Assembly (NCBI GenBank): GCA_015680685.1
Contig: MNCI01002505.1
Location: forward strand, 171,653 to 235,652
Length of the DNA: 64,000 bases
Direction of reading: 5' to 3'
Origin: Gnetum montanum
Lineage: Eukaryota; Plantae; Gnetophyta
In this document: piece after piece, positions 51,984-64,000 of the stretch
How positions within the stretch are numbered: the first letter of the stretch is position 1
How the letters are laid out: every line of letters starts with the position of its first letter
Position numbers and translations under genes: made by a program
The notes under the pieces: generated by a model
Told to the model about the DNA's origin: nothing
The model's database searches: none
The model's input: the letters and a program-made list of their open reading frames with translations, nothing else

Positions 51984-54055
51984 TGTTCACTCTTGGAGAT
52001 TGATGAAGAGCACAAGAGTATTAGGCTCCGATACCACTTGTGGATTTTTGAACTTAGAAGGGAGGGGATGAATAAGTTTTCCAAATTAAAACTTAAACAA
52101 ACAAAGCACACACATCAAATTTAACATGGTTCCCCAACTTGGGTAGTTCACACTCGAAGGATAAATCATAAGCACACCTTTAGACTTTGTTGCTCTTAAA
52201 GTGTGGTTGAAGGGTCAACACCCTAGATAGTCTTTAAGTCCCACTCTAGAGTGTTGCATTGTAGCACCAATCACTCAACCCTACAAGGTCCTATTAGGGT
52301 TGAAAATGTGGTTTCAAGGCTTCCACAACCTTTACAATCTTGAGCTCCATACTAGAGTGTTGTATTGCAACACCAACAACTCAATCCCTCAAGATCCCAA
52401 CAAGCTCAAGCAAGATGCTTATTGTGACTGAAAACCTCAATTGTTGGAAAAAAACTAATGATCCATAGTGTAGTAATTCTTCAACCCATGAATCCTTAGG
52501 ACCTATGTGGGAAAAATTGAATTTATGGCATCCTTACCTATTTGGCAGATCAACCAGGGAGTTATGGAATGTAAAGTGTGGTAATAAAATTAAATGGAAT
52601 GCAAAACTAAAGGAAAATATGAAATAATGCATAAATAATAAAAAAAATATATTTCATACATAAAACCAAAAACTTAAAACTTTATTGAGAAGGAATAAAG
52701 TGTAAGTTAGAGAAATGTGTACAAATGATACCTTGATGAGTAGAAAGAGGGTTCACTTATGTAGGAATTCAAAGCTCGTTGACGTTGATGTAATCTGCTT
52801 CATGATTTGAATACTAGGCCACTCTTGATGCTATCAAACCTCCTCCAATATAATCTTAGATTTGCAAGTTGGATTACTACTGGGGAAAGCGAGAAAAGTG
52901 AGAAATTCGACTACCATATTGATCCATGCTAGGGGTAGGGAGCCCCAAAAATGTAGCTTTGACACCAAAAGTTCATAAGTCTTAAGGCTATAATGCTTCC
53001 ATGGTGGGGTTCAAGAGAAGGCAAGTATGGGAACTTGTAAGAGCTCTTGAGTGCCTTAGAATGCTCCAAGTATGGAATTAGAGCTTGGAAAATTACTTAA
53101 CCACCTAAAAAATTATGGAATTGCTAAAGTGTGTGTATGCCAAAAGTTGCTAAACATTGCTAAACTTGTAAATGGAGTTAAAGGCTGGTTTTCATCCATT
53201 CTTTGGGCCATGAATGGAGTTGCAAAATGGTTGTAAAATGGCTGTCAAATTTAGGTGAGATGGGTGCCTAAATTTAGGGGGTTACTATACATAGTAAGTG
53301 CTTTCCCCCATGGTCATTCTATTTACTATAAATAGTAACTAGGGCACACCTTTTACACTAGAGATGAATCTTTCATGCTAAGCTCTCCATCATGCTTGCT
53401 AAAGTGGCTGGTCAAAGTTGAAATGCATGAGGTGTTAAAATCTGCCTATTGTGGCTTCCATGTTGGGGGATGCAATTTTCAACATTGGGGGTGAAGAATC
53501 TACATTGGGGTGAAGCTTCCACATTGAGGGGAGAAGGTTTTCAAGCTATACATGTGGTATCCATGCTGAGGTATTGTTGACCCCCCAAGCCTAAATATAG
53601 ACATTAGATGACTTTTTTCACTTGGGGAATGAGGCCTTGACCACTTATGAGGTAATTTTTAGTTTCAAAAGTATAAATTAAGTAAAATTGCCCATTGTGG
53701 ATTACAATATTTACATTTATAATGATGTTTTACCTTGAGTTTCATGGGGTGAAAGCTACATGATGAAGATTGGATATAACATGCAAAATTTTGTGGTGTT
53801 TCAATGACCTCTCTTTGTTGGTGCTTAGAGGATTAACCTAAGAGGCATCAACAAAGAATAAAAAACACCACTACATATTATAATGCTACAATTCATACAA
53901 GCCACATGAGAATCAGGCTATCTAGGTTGCCAAATTTGCTAGTTTAGGACCATGGTGGGCCATGGTACCACTTTAAGGCCCTACTAGGCTATGTTGCCAG
54001 TTTAAGGTTGTAGCGGACCATTGAAAGTAGGCTTGCTTGTTGATGATTGTTGACT

Positions 54056-57000
54056 ATGTGTAGTATAGCTTTAGATAGGAATGATTGACCAAATTGGCTA
54101 GCTCATTCTCATCCATGATAGCTATTCTAAATTCTCCATTATTGTAAGCTCAAGTAAAAATAAAGGGCCCTTCCCGGTTGACTAAGAATATGTTCACATG
54201 CTCATGGATGACCTTGAGGACTAGGTCCTCCTCCTTGATCTTGTGCATGGTCAATTCATGGTGATGCTACTGCTTCTACCTCTCTTGATAGTGCTTGATG
54301 TGAAAAAGTGCTTGCATATGCCACTCCTCTACCAAATCCAGGATTGCCATTTGTAACTCCTTATTCTACTCATCATTGATGAAGTTGGTCAAGGCTACTT
54401 GGAGTGATGGCACTTGCAATTCAAGAGGTAAAATAACTTTAGAACCATAAATAAGGCTATAAGGGGTTATGCCAATTACTATGGGATAGGTTTCTCTATA
54501 TGCTCATAGTGCATGGACAAGCTACTCATGCCATTGACATTTGTTGTTGTTGAGCATTTTCTTGAGCAAGTTAATGATGGCCTTGTTGCTTACTTTTGCT
54601 TGCTCGTTGGCTGAAGGGTAGTAAGGTGATGAGAAATATTGCTTAATGCCTAGTTTATGAAAAAAATCCTTGGTTTCTTGGCTACTATATTAGGGTCCAT
54701 TGTCCATAACTATGGTCATGGGTATGCAAAAATAAGATATAATGTTGTCTAGGATAAATTTGCAAACTTGTTTAGATGTGGTCTTCCTTAGGAGAATAGC
54801 CTTAACCCACTTGGTAAAATATTTGGTTATGGTGATGATGAAGCTATGTCATGTGGAAGACTCAGGCGTTATATGTCCAATGATATCTAACCCCCATCAT
54901 TGAAATGACCATGTTATATGGATTATATGCAACTCAGTTGGTGGTACATGTATAAGGTTACTATATCGTTGGCATGTGTCACACCACTTAACCTTTTATA
55001 GGTAGTCATTTTTCATATGGGGCCAATAGTAGCCTAACTATCTAATTTTAGTGACCATGGCTCTAGGTCCTATATGTCCTCCACAAACACCCTCATGAAC
55101 TTCCTCTAGGATTGTTCTAGCTTCGATTTTACTTAAGCACTTTAGGAGTATGCCATCATAGGATTAATGACATAATGTGTTATCATCTAGGATGACATAC
55201 TACTTTGATTTCTTGTGTATGAAATCCTTTTGAGTAGTAGTTAGACCTTGTGAGGATTCAGCATGCATAAGGTGAAATTTCATATTATGATACCACTCCT
55301 TAGAGGCAGTAGTATGAATGATGACCACAAAGGTATCCTTAGTGTTTTGTGGGATTGGAGTAGCATAGTCCATGATTAAGGTGGATAATTTGCTAAACAT
55401 ATTTGGCATCACACTAAGGGCTAATTTTCTAATTGCATCAGCTATGGCATTTTCATTTTTAGGTATGTGTTGGATATTAACGTTTGTAAATTATTGTAAC
55501 AATTGCTTTCCTAGATCACCGTAAGGTCGTAAGTGCTAAGCTTTGCATGCATAGACTTTGGTTACTTGGTTAACCATGAGTTGTGAATTACCTTTGATGG
55601 CTAGGCATCTAATTACTATGTCACAAGCTATCATAACCCCTCTGATTAAACCCTCATACTCTACTATGTTGTTGGTACATGGGAACTTGAAATAATAGGC
55701 AAAGGATCAGATCTCACTAGATGGAAATGTTATGATGGCAGCAGCACTAGCCCCACGGGAAGTTAAAGCTCTGTCAAAGTGCATGACCACCTCATAACCC
55801 TTGGGCACTTAGTTAATAGTGTTAATGTGTTCATTAGAAAACTTAGGATCTATGACTACTTGGTCATTAATAGGTAAAACTATGAGTTGTATGACTATAG
55901 CTTGACCTTTCATTGATGATTGAGAGACATAATGGAGGTCAAACTCCGCAATTATGACTTTTCATTAGGCTATATGGTTACTTTCATAGATGTTGGTCAT
56001 TATGATTTTAAGTATGTTATCTTAGCTTCTAAAGAGGTAGTGTATCCACTTTTTTAATGAGAAGACTAGTTCTAGAAAATATTTCTTCACTTTAGTGTAT
56101 TGGGTCTTGTAAGCCGCTAATGTGTGGCTAAGGTAGTATACATACATTTTTGCTCTATCATCACATTTCTAATAGAGTAGAGAGGCAATGGATGTATTAG
56201 AGCTGGCAAGATAAATGTAAAATGGTTTACCTGTGGAGGATAGACTATTAGTAGTTGTGTTAATTCTCACTTATGATTTTCAAAGGCCTCTTGGCATTGA
56301 GTTGTCCACTCATAGTGAACTCCTTTCTTAAGCAAGTGTTGCATGGATTGTAACTTGTATGTAAGCCTAGAGATAAACCTATGAATAAAATATAATCTAC
56401 CTTCTAATCCCTAAAGCTCTTTAAGATTTGTAGGCACTACTAATTTGGATATGGCCTTAACCTTATTAGGATCAACATGTATCCATGCTTTAGAGACTAC
56501 AAAGCCAAGCATCTTTTTAGTCTTGACATTGAAGATGCATTTCTTAGGATTGAGCCTAAGCTCATATTTGAGACATTGTTTAAGCATAAGACTTACATCA
56601 TTAGCATGGTTATGGACCATCTTAGAATTAATGGCTATATCATCTACATAACTATTAAGCAAACCTAGCATGTAGTCGTCGAAGATATAGGTCATGACTC
56701 TTTGGTATGTTGCCCCAACATTCTTAAGGTTAAAATGCATTATGATATAATAAAAAGTACCCCATGGGGTCATAAAGGTTGTGCTAAGTTGGTGCTCTTG
56801 GTTGATCCTAATTTGGTTATATCTTGAGAATCCATCCATAAAGGACAACAAGGCATGTCCTATTGTAGTATCGATAAATAGGCAAAGGGAAGTTATGCTT
56901 GATAGTCACTTTATTTAGGTCTTGAAAATCAATGTAAATATGGATACTCCCATTTTTAGTAGGGACTAACACTATGTTGGATACCCATTTAGCATAATTG

Positions 57001-57555
57001 ACAGCCTTAATGAAATCTACTTTGTAGAGCTTTGACATTTCATGGTGCATTACCAAGGCCAAATTTGGTCTAATCTTGCACAATTTTTGCTTAGGTGGTC
57101 TAATGCTAGGGTCCAGTATGATGGTGTGTTGGACTAGACATGGGTCTAGGCTTGAAATATCTTCCTATGAATAGGAAAATACCTTAATGTTTCTTTGTAA
57201 GACATTGGTGATGTCTTGAGCACATTGAGGCTCTAATGAGAAACTTAGTTAAAGGGTTTTCTCCTCACCACTATATGTTGTGATAGGAACCTCCACTAGA
57301 GTGTCTTCAGTTATGTCTCCTACTTGTAAGTTAAGGGTTTTGACTAGGTTTTCAAGGCAGTCTAGAGGTTTCTCTATTAAGGCGATGTGATCTACAAAAC
57401 TCTAAGGTTCAAGATCTAGGCAATCAGGGTCGATACACCATTCAACATCACTGTGAGGTCCATGTAGACACAAAGGCAAACTAATATGCTCCTAGGTATT
57501 CATACTTTGATCTTGCATGTCAAAAAAAGGCATATTAAGTGGTACTGGGTAAAGC
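54056..57555 (-). pseudogene. pol: Decayed Tat pol: RT, RNase H, additional archaeal-type RNase H, integrase
   Basis: WVSNIVLVP.KNG.I..YIDFQDLNK; LSFMDGFSRYNQI; TPWGTF; YVDDI; aRH MHFDRA...CTNN.VEYEGLI...GNSQLMVNQV at ~55400-55800; INT GLDIIG.I.P; NREGPF; YLKLYYT* ending at 54056. Confidence 0.92.
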
Positions 57556-58184
57556 TAAATAAATAATGCTAAAATTATATAGAATTATGTAAACACATGC
57601 AAATCTAATTCAATTAGGGTCATCCAAGGTCATTAATAAGGTAAGGACAATTTAACAAAGTGCAATAAAGGCCAACAAAGGTTAGGTGAACATTAAAATA
57701 GTGGAAACATAAGAAATAAGGCTATAAATGGTCAATAAAGGCCACAATTTTTCTAGTTTTAGGTGTTAGCAAGCCATGATGCTAGTTTAGAGTCTTGGTG
57801 CCTTAGCGGGTCATGGTTACATGGTGTTAAATGATGGTCAGGGAAGGTCAAACCCCACTATTTGATACCATTTAAAGGCAAAACAAAGGCAAATAAAGCT
57901 ATAACAAGTCAAATAAAGAACACATAAGGCTATATAAAGGCCATAGAAGGTTAACAAGGAAACACAAATCCAAAAATAAGCCAACACATTATATAATAAG
58001 GAAATAATCAAGCAAAATAGGCTATATATGATAAAATTTGGCTAATATAGGTAAAAAATGATTAGGGTTTGCTAGTTTTAGGCTTTAGTGTGCCATGTTT
58101 TAAGGCTACAAGGCTATTAGGTGAGTTCAGACTTTAATCAGGGCTATTTCTAGGTTGTTTGGACCTAAAAAATCAAGTGTTTTG

Positions 58185-61100
58185 AGGCTTCCATGCTGGG
58201 CTTAGTGCGAAAACAAGGATCCTCAGCATGGAAACCAAGAAAAATAGGTTTTGAGGTGCTTAGAGGTCAAAAATTGAGGTTTTGGGACCTTCCCAAGATA
58301 GCACAGGGTCATATCCATCAAAATTGGGCATTCTAGAGGTTTGTAAAGGCCAGAAAGCAGGTTTTGGAGCCTTCCCCTCTTTCCACACTAGCAAGCATGG
58401 AAAAAAGGGGACTTAGCATGGAAAAAAAAACTTAGTTAAAAAAGGATCAAACAAGATTGAATAAGTAGCTAAAACCAAAATCTAGAAGCTGTGCATCCTT
58501 TGGATTCATTTTGAGGTAGTTTTAGTTGATTTTGAGTGCTAAAACATGTCAAAATGGCTTTCCCCATTTTTCCACGTTGACCATAGTATTTTTAGCTTGG
58601 AAAAATAGGGGGACACTTGTTTTATGAATTCAAGATGGTTTAGGAGGACTTTGACCAAGTTTCTAGGTGCCTAGGACTATAGATTTTGTTTTTGTAAGTT
58701 TTTGGTTGATTTTGGGCATGTTTGAAGGCTGTTTAAGGGTACTTAAGATCTTTCTCCCCTATTTCCAGATTGGGGGAGTTACTCTATCATGGAAGATTGG
58801 AGGGATAAATTTTGGAGGTTGAAATAAAGTCAAAAAAGTAAAATCTTGAGGCTATGAGGTCCTGGGCTTCTATGATGTAGATCTTTGGCTTCTGAGAGAG
58901 TCATCTTGTAACCAAAAGTGGAAAAGTAGCTTTCCCTAATTTTTTCCATGTTGGGGAAGTTACTCCAACATGGAAGAAGTAAGAATCCTAGATCTAGGCC
59001 AATTCAAATCACAATTGACTATGCATGTTACCTTCCAGAGTTACCAAGGCCAAGGGCTATATCTCTATGTCAAAATTTGACAGTTTTGAGTACTCCCAAA
59101 TGATTTTTGAGCTTCCCCACTTTTCCTACATTGGTCATGGAGAGAAAAACATGGAAAACTAGGGGGAACAATTTTTTGACCACCTGGGATTACTTTTGTG
59201 AAGTTTAATGGCTCCAATGGTTGCTACTAGGGTTCTAGAGTGCATGAAAGGTCATTTAATGTCATTCTAAGGTGTTTAGGAGCTCCAAACAAGTTCTCCC
59301 TTGTGTTTTCACGATGGGTATGCCATCCTTAGCATGGAAAAAGGAATCCCTCATGTGGAAGAACCATGCATCTTAGAACTAGGCCAATTTTGACCTCAAG
59401 TGACTGTGCATGTTAGCCTTTAGGGATATTGGGGTCGAGGACCAGGGTTTCATGTTATGTTTTGGTAATTTTGAGTATTTCAATGAATGTTTTGGGCTTC
59501 CATCCTTTTTCCCATGCTAGGACTAGGATGATCAACATGGAAAACTAGGTAAAATAATTTTTTGGCCTTTTGACGTCCGTTTCTTGAAGTTTGAAGGCTC
59601 CAGAGGATATCAATAGGATCCTAAAGTGCATGTAAGTTTAGTTAAGGTTGTTCTAAGGTATTTATGAATCCTAAATGAATCTCCACCTTACTTTCCACAC
59701 TAGGCAACATGGAGGGAGGGATCCCCAGCATGAAAACACCATAAAACTTATATATAGCCTAGTTTTAACTTTAATCAACAATGCATGTGTACTTCTAGGG
59801 ATGCCAAGGTCAAAGACTAGGGTTTGGAGTTAAAAATGGTTAGTTTGTAGGTTTGCCAATTGTTTTTTGAGCCCTATTTTTCCATGTTGGGGATAGTATG
59901 CCTAGTTTGGAAAATTGGGGAAAATTTTTTTTTTATCCTTTTGCATCATTTTTAGCCATACATGTAGGTCTTTGAGGTCACTAGTGATGATTATCAATGC
60001 TTGGTATCAAAATTTCACTATCTTGAAGGTTGATGAGTGGTTTTTGGTGTTGCCATCCTTTTTCCATGTTAGAGCTTCCATGCTCAATGAGAAAAATTTT
60101 GGGAAAAGCCTTTTGACCTTTTGTGATCACTTTCATGCATGTTGGCCTTTAGGGTTGCTAGTGTTGACTGCTAACATTTGATGTCAAAATTTGGTTGTTT
60201 CAAGGATCATTAGGTAAAATTTGGTCTTTCCCCTCTTTTTCCATGCTAGGGCTTCCATGCTTAGCATGGAAAATTCTTGGGGTGGGGAGGTGTGTGTTGG
60301 GGGTGCAAATGAATTTTTAGCTTTTTATGATCAATTTGGCTATGCATGAGTGTCAACAGGGTTGTTGGCATTGGTCATCAATGCCTAAGGTTAAGATTTG
60401 GTTGTTGTAAAGGCTATGAGGGGGTTTTCAAGCTTTCCCCTTTCATGCATGTTGAGGGTGGGAGGTTCAGCATGGAAGGGATCTCCCTTAATTAAGAAAG
60501 TTAGATCTAGACCATATCGATAGTTGATTGACCATGCATGTCAACCTTAAGGGTTGTTAGGGTCGATAGTTAATGTTGGATGTTAAGATCCATCCATTTG
60601 GATGCTTCTAAGTGCCTAATGTAGTCTCCTCTCTTTCTTCTACATTGGGCATGGTGGCCCTAGCATGGATGAGAGGAGGATGATAGTTTTGTGCCATATT
60701 TAACCACTTTTGGAGCTTTTGAAAGCTCTAGAGGGTTCTGGCAGGGTCTAGGGATCACAAGGCATCAAGAAACAGTTATTAGGCAATCAATATAGGTCAA
60801 TTTTGACTTCCTCCCATATATCCACATTGAGGGTGAGAGGGTTAGTGTGGAAGAAGCCTTACCCAGTGTGGAAAAGTCCAAATCTCATATTTCAACTAGT
60901 TTTGACCAATTTTGACTAGGTTTGGTGGAGTTTCAAGGTTTGTGGAGATTCTTGGAGGGGTTTTAGATCATGTGGGGCTAATTTTGGGGTCAAACCTAGG
61001 TTAGGTGGATGTTGGGGGGTAAGAGTGGGTGTTACCCCACCTTCTTCCATGTTGAGCATCATTGCCGTAGTGTGGAAACCCATGGTGTTTAGCTTTGTTC

Positions 61101-61250
61101 ATGTCTCATCCACTTTTGGGAACCCAAGATTGAAAAAGGTAGGTTTGGATTGCCAAAAATAGTAAAATATTTGTAATTCTATTGATTTTGCAAAATAAGA
61201 GGCATTTTTCCACATTGGGCATGGTATTCCTAGTGTGGATGCATGTGGGT
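58185..61250. repeat. Degenerate tandem array of ~17 units (~180-200 bp), each with a TTCCATGYT...ARCATGGAA inverted repeat
   Basis: Motif anchors near 58190, 58381, 58570, 58762, 58944, 59123, 59308, 59511, 59693, 59880, 60062, 60240, 60443, 60638, 60820, 61045 and 61208. Confidence 0.75.
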
Positions 61251-63124
61251 TAAGGTTACCATAAGGTTTTAAGTGTCAAATTAGAAAAAAGCTCAATGTT
61301 TATGCCATATTTGGTCAAGAGATAAGGTGTAGGGTGGGGTCCACAATCCTAAAATTTTGAAAACTAAAATTTTTTCCCACCCAAAACCAACATGAACTAG
61401 ACTTCCCCCCCTTTTCACTTCAGTGCACTTATAGTTATGATGCACTAAATTAGAAGTTGGGGTTTTAAGGTGTGCTTTTAGGTATTAGATGAATTTTATA
61501 TGTCAAATTTTGCAAGTTTTGATTACAACTATTATTCTAAAAAACAACGCATTGGAGGAGAGCTATGGTAGAGGTTGTTGTGGTAGCAACAAATAGTTTT
61601 TAGCATGGAATCCTCCCATCTTTCTCATAGCCAGTGTTGATCTCCCATCCTTCTCAATTTTCAGTCATTCTCAACATTGAGCTTGTCATGGTGCCAAAGT
61701 AATGAGGGGGAAAGAGCTAGAACCCTATGATCTAGAAGGTGAATGAACATGCCTGGGAGCTAGAAGAAGTACCTAGGCCCATCTACATCTAGGCTTCTTC
61801 TGTTGCTACTCCAAGGTAGGTAGTTCTACCTATTTTTGCCTTTGTTTTCTATGGTTTTTCTAGTTTTGTTTTCCATGTGTTGGAGACATTTTTTCTAGAT
61901 CTACTCTAGTGGAGGAATTAAAATGGAATTTTGATAAAATACCACCTCCTATTTTGGTTGTTTCCACATGTATCCATGGTCATTTTTTTGCTTTAGATTT
62001 TGTAAATCTGATTCTGAAAATAGGGCTTTTTGTTTCATCATTTTTTTTCCAAAATTTTGGGGTGTGGTTGTTTTTTCAAATCTAGGCCTTAGGATTTGTT
62101 AAAATTAATTTTTTTAAAAATTATAACCCATTATCTTGGTGTAAATTTTAATGGGTTTCAATGGTTTTGGCTATTTCGTTTGTTTCCATGGTTATATGAA
62201 ATCTAGGTTTTGAGCTTTTTTGAAGTTTTGACATGAAAAAGCAAGCAATGTTGTGTATTTTTTCTTGGGATAAAAGCTGCACATTTGTGAAATTTAAAGC
62301 TATGAATTTGTAGCCCTTTATTTATTCTTTCTAACAGATGTTTTCTCATTTAATTTGGATTCATAATGATGAAGTTATGGCTATTTTCCTAACATTGCAT
62401 AGTTAGGTTTCTCATGCCTTTTTTTTTTTTTTTTTGGTAATTTCATGTAATCTTGAGAATTTTTGGAAAAGGATTTAGCTATTTTCGAGTTATGGCTGAG
62501 TATTTCTTGGTTTCAGCTTTCCAATTGAGGTGGAATCACTCCAATTGGACTTAAAACGAATTTTCTATGCATTTTTTATTAAGCATTTGTAATAACAATG
62601 TTTGTGTTGTTTTTGGATTATTGTCCAAATTGACAAATTTTTCCTACATAAACGGCAAAGAGTTTGAAATTTTTCTAAGCGTGAGTGTGTAGGAATTGAT
62701 TTGATATTTCAAATGATGGTGAAAGCACTTAGTTTGGAGGTCAAATGGATATTTGGCAAATTTTTTACCAACCCTATGAGAAAAGGGGTAAATGTTGATG
62801 TTGATGACTATGGTTTTGGATAAATTTTGGTTCTATTTTATGCAGATATGGTTACACATTTTTCGTTATGATGGTCATGGCTATAAGGCTCATAATTTTA
62901 GGATTTTTTTTCATGGTGTAATTACTGAAATTGGAGCCCAAATTAATTTTTAATGAATTTTTTGGCTTTGTAAGCAAGGCAAAATTATGGTTGTAGCACA
63001 TTACCCATTTGGAAATGGAAGTGGTTATGTATAAATTATGTTTTTGTTTTTTCAACATGTAAAACTAATTCTTAATTTTTTTTTAAGAAGAGTAAAAGCT
63101 TTTACTATGGGTACATGTTTTTTT

Positions 63125-63600
63125 TTCAAATTTATGATGATTTTTCTAAATTTGTGCATAGTTTAGATGTTTTTTTTTTCAAATTAATGCTTGCTTTGCA
63201 TAATTTAGATGTTTCTTCTAAATTTATCATTCCTTTTTCTAAATTTATGCATAGTTTAGATGTTTCTTCCAAATTTATGCATAACTTAGACCAAGGTTTA
63301 GTTCTAGCTATAATGCTTTGGTTGTGACATTTTGGTTATGGTAATAATGCTTTTATGAAATTTTCTTAAGCTAATTTAGATAAACACCTTAGAAATTTTA
63401 TAGAGGCTAAATTCACCTTCGACTAAATGTTTTTTTTTTTCCAAATCTACTAAGTAATTCCATAATGTCAAGCTATGCAAGGCTGTAATAATGCTCTATT
63501 GTGAATTCCTTAAGCTAATTTAGATAAACAACTTAGAGCTTTTTACAAAGGCTAATTTCACCTCCAAGTAGATGTTCTTTCCAAATTTTCTAAGTAATTC
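63125..63600. repeat. Short degenerate tandem repeats
   Basis: AAATTTRTGCATARTTTAGATG-like unit x ~4; CTTAAGCTAATTTAGATAAAC...AGGCTAA.TTCACCT x 2. Confidence 0.7.
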
Positions 63601-63699
63601 CAATTGGCCATGACCATAATGTGTGGCCTTAAGGTTAAGGTAAACTTCACTTGTGCAAATTTTTTCTAATCTTTGCAAGATTAGGGAGTGAGTAAGGCC

Positions 63700-64000
63700 C
63701 ACTCTGCACAAGCTTATATTCATCATCCCCTTCACTTATGATGTTAAAAGGAAGTTTATCCCATAATGTATCCTATTGCTTATCATGGTCATCATTGGAT
63801 TTCTTGCGGTTTTGCTCTTCATGGTTGGGAGCTTCTTCTTGAAGCTCCGCTTTGGACCCTTGCTCTATATCTACATTGTTAATAGCTAAGGAAACTACAT
63901 TATCACCATGAATGATGATTTCACCTCCCTTGTAAAGGAGGTGAATTTCTTAATGAATGGGAGAGGACACAACTTGTAATTGAGCCAACCAAGGTCTTCC
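63700..64000 (-). pseudogene. C-terminal end of the Tat-type aspartic protease region
   Basis: GRPWLAQLQVVSSPIH*EIHLLYKGGEIIIHGD matches the LLGRPW...V.S.LHQ...I.GD motif of Tat/Ogre proteases. Confidence 0.75.

Larger units (their letters stand above)
46659..52422 (-). mobile_element. Second gag-only SIRE-like copia derivative; 5' LTR interrupted at ~52422
   Basis: LTR 46659-47997, PPT 47998-48012, PBS-Met (TGGTATCGGAGC, 52025-52036), partial LTR 52039-52422; LTR and internal blocks homologous to element 1; no pol. Confidence 0.87.
52423..64000 (-). mobile_element. Tat-clade Ty3/gypsy element Y (continues beyond the window); putative 3' LTR ~52423-53291
   Basis: Interrupts the SIRE-like LTR at TGTGACTG; PR...RT-RH-aRH-INT order on the minus strand; inner LTR boundary uncertain. 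Confidence 0.78.

Noticed and set aside
58185-61250. CRISPR-like array (palindromic repeats with spacers)
   Set aside because: Spacers are ~150 bp and homologous to each other, repeats are degenerate, there are no cas genes, and the context is a plant retrotransposon.

Overview
Repeat-dense, gene-free window of a plant nuclear genome (plant-type retroelements, strong CpG/CHG decay), made almost entirely of nested retrotransposons. Left to right: (1) 3' end of an Athila-like Ty3/gypsy element with an env-position accessory ORF and its LTR (1-3438, +); (2) a gag-only SIRE/Maximus-like Ty1/copia derivative with both LTRs, PBS-Met, PPT and GTGGG TSD (3493-15737, +), into which (3) a younger, GC-rich, 5'-truncated L1 LINE inserted (7578-13932, -, 15-bp TSD, poly-A); this LINE carries an extra ~370-aa coding region after the ORF2 zinc finger that resembles the gypsy accessory ORF in the same window; (4) a decayed Tat-clade gypsy element (~16468-40774, -; LTR-like repeats, integrase, RT, 78-bp tandem array, antisense accessory ORF), interrupted by a second Athila-like copy (21315-~28220, -) that itself holds a 3.06-kb solo LTR with CTTTG TSD; (5) a decayed Galadriel-like chromovirus pol (~41100-46560, +); (6) a second gag-only SIRE-like element (46659-52422, -), whose 5' LTR is interrupted by (7) a Tat-clade element (52423->64000, -) in which protease and RT are separated by ~6 kb of non-coding DNA holding a ~185-190-bp-periodic palindrome array. 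No intact host gene, tRNA, rRNA or CRISPR array was found. All family and lineage names come from motif recognition by eye and have not been confirmed by database search.
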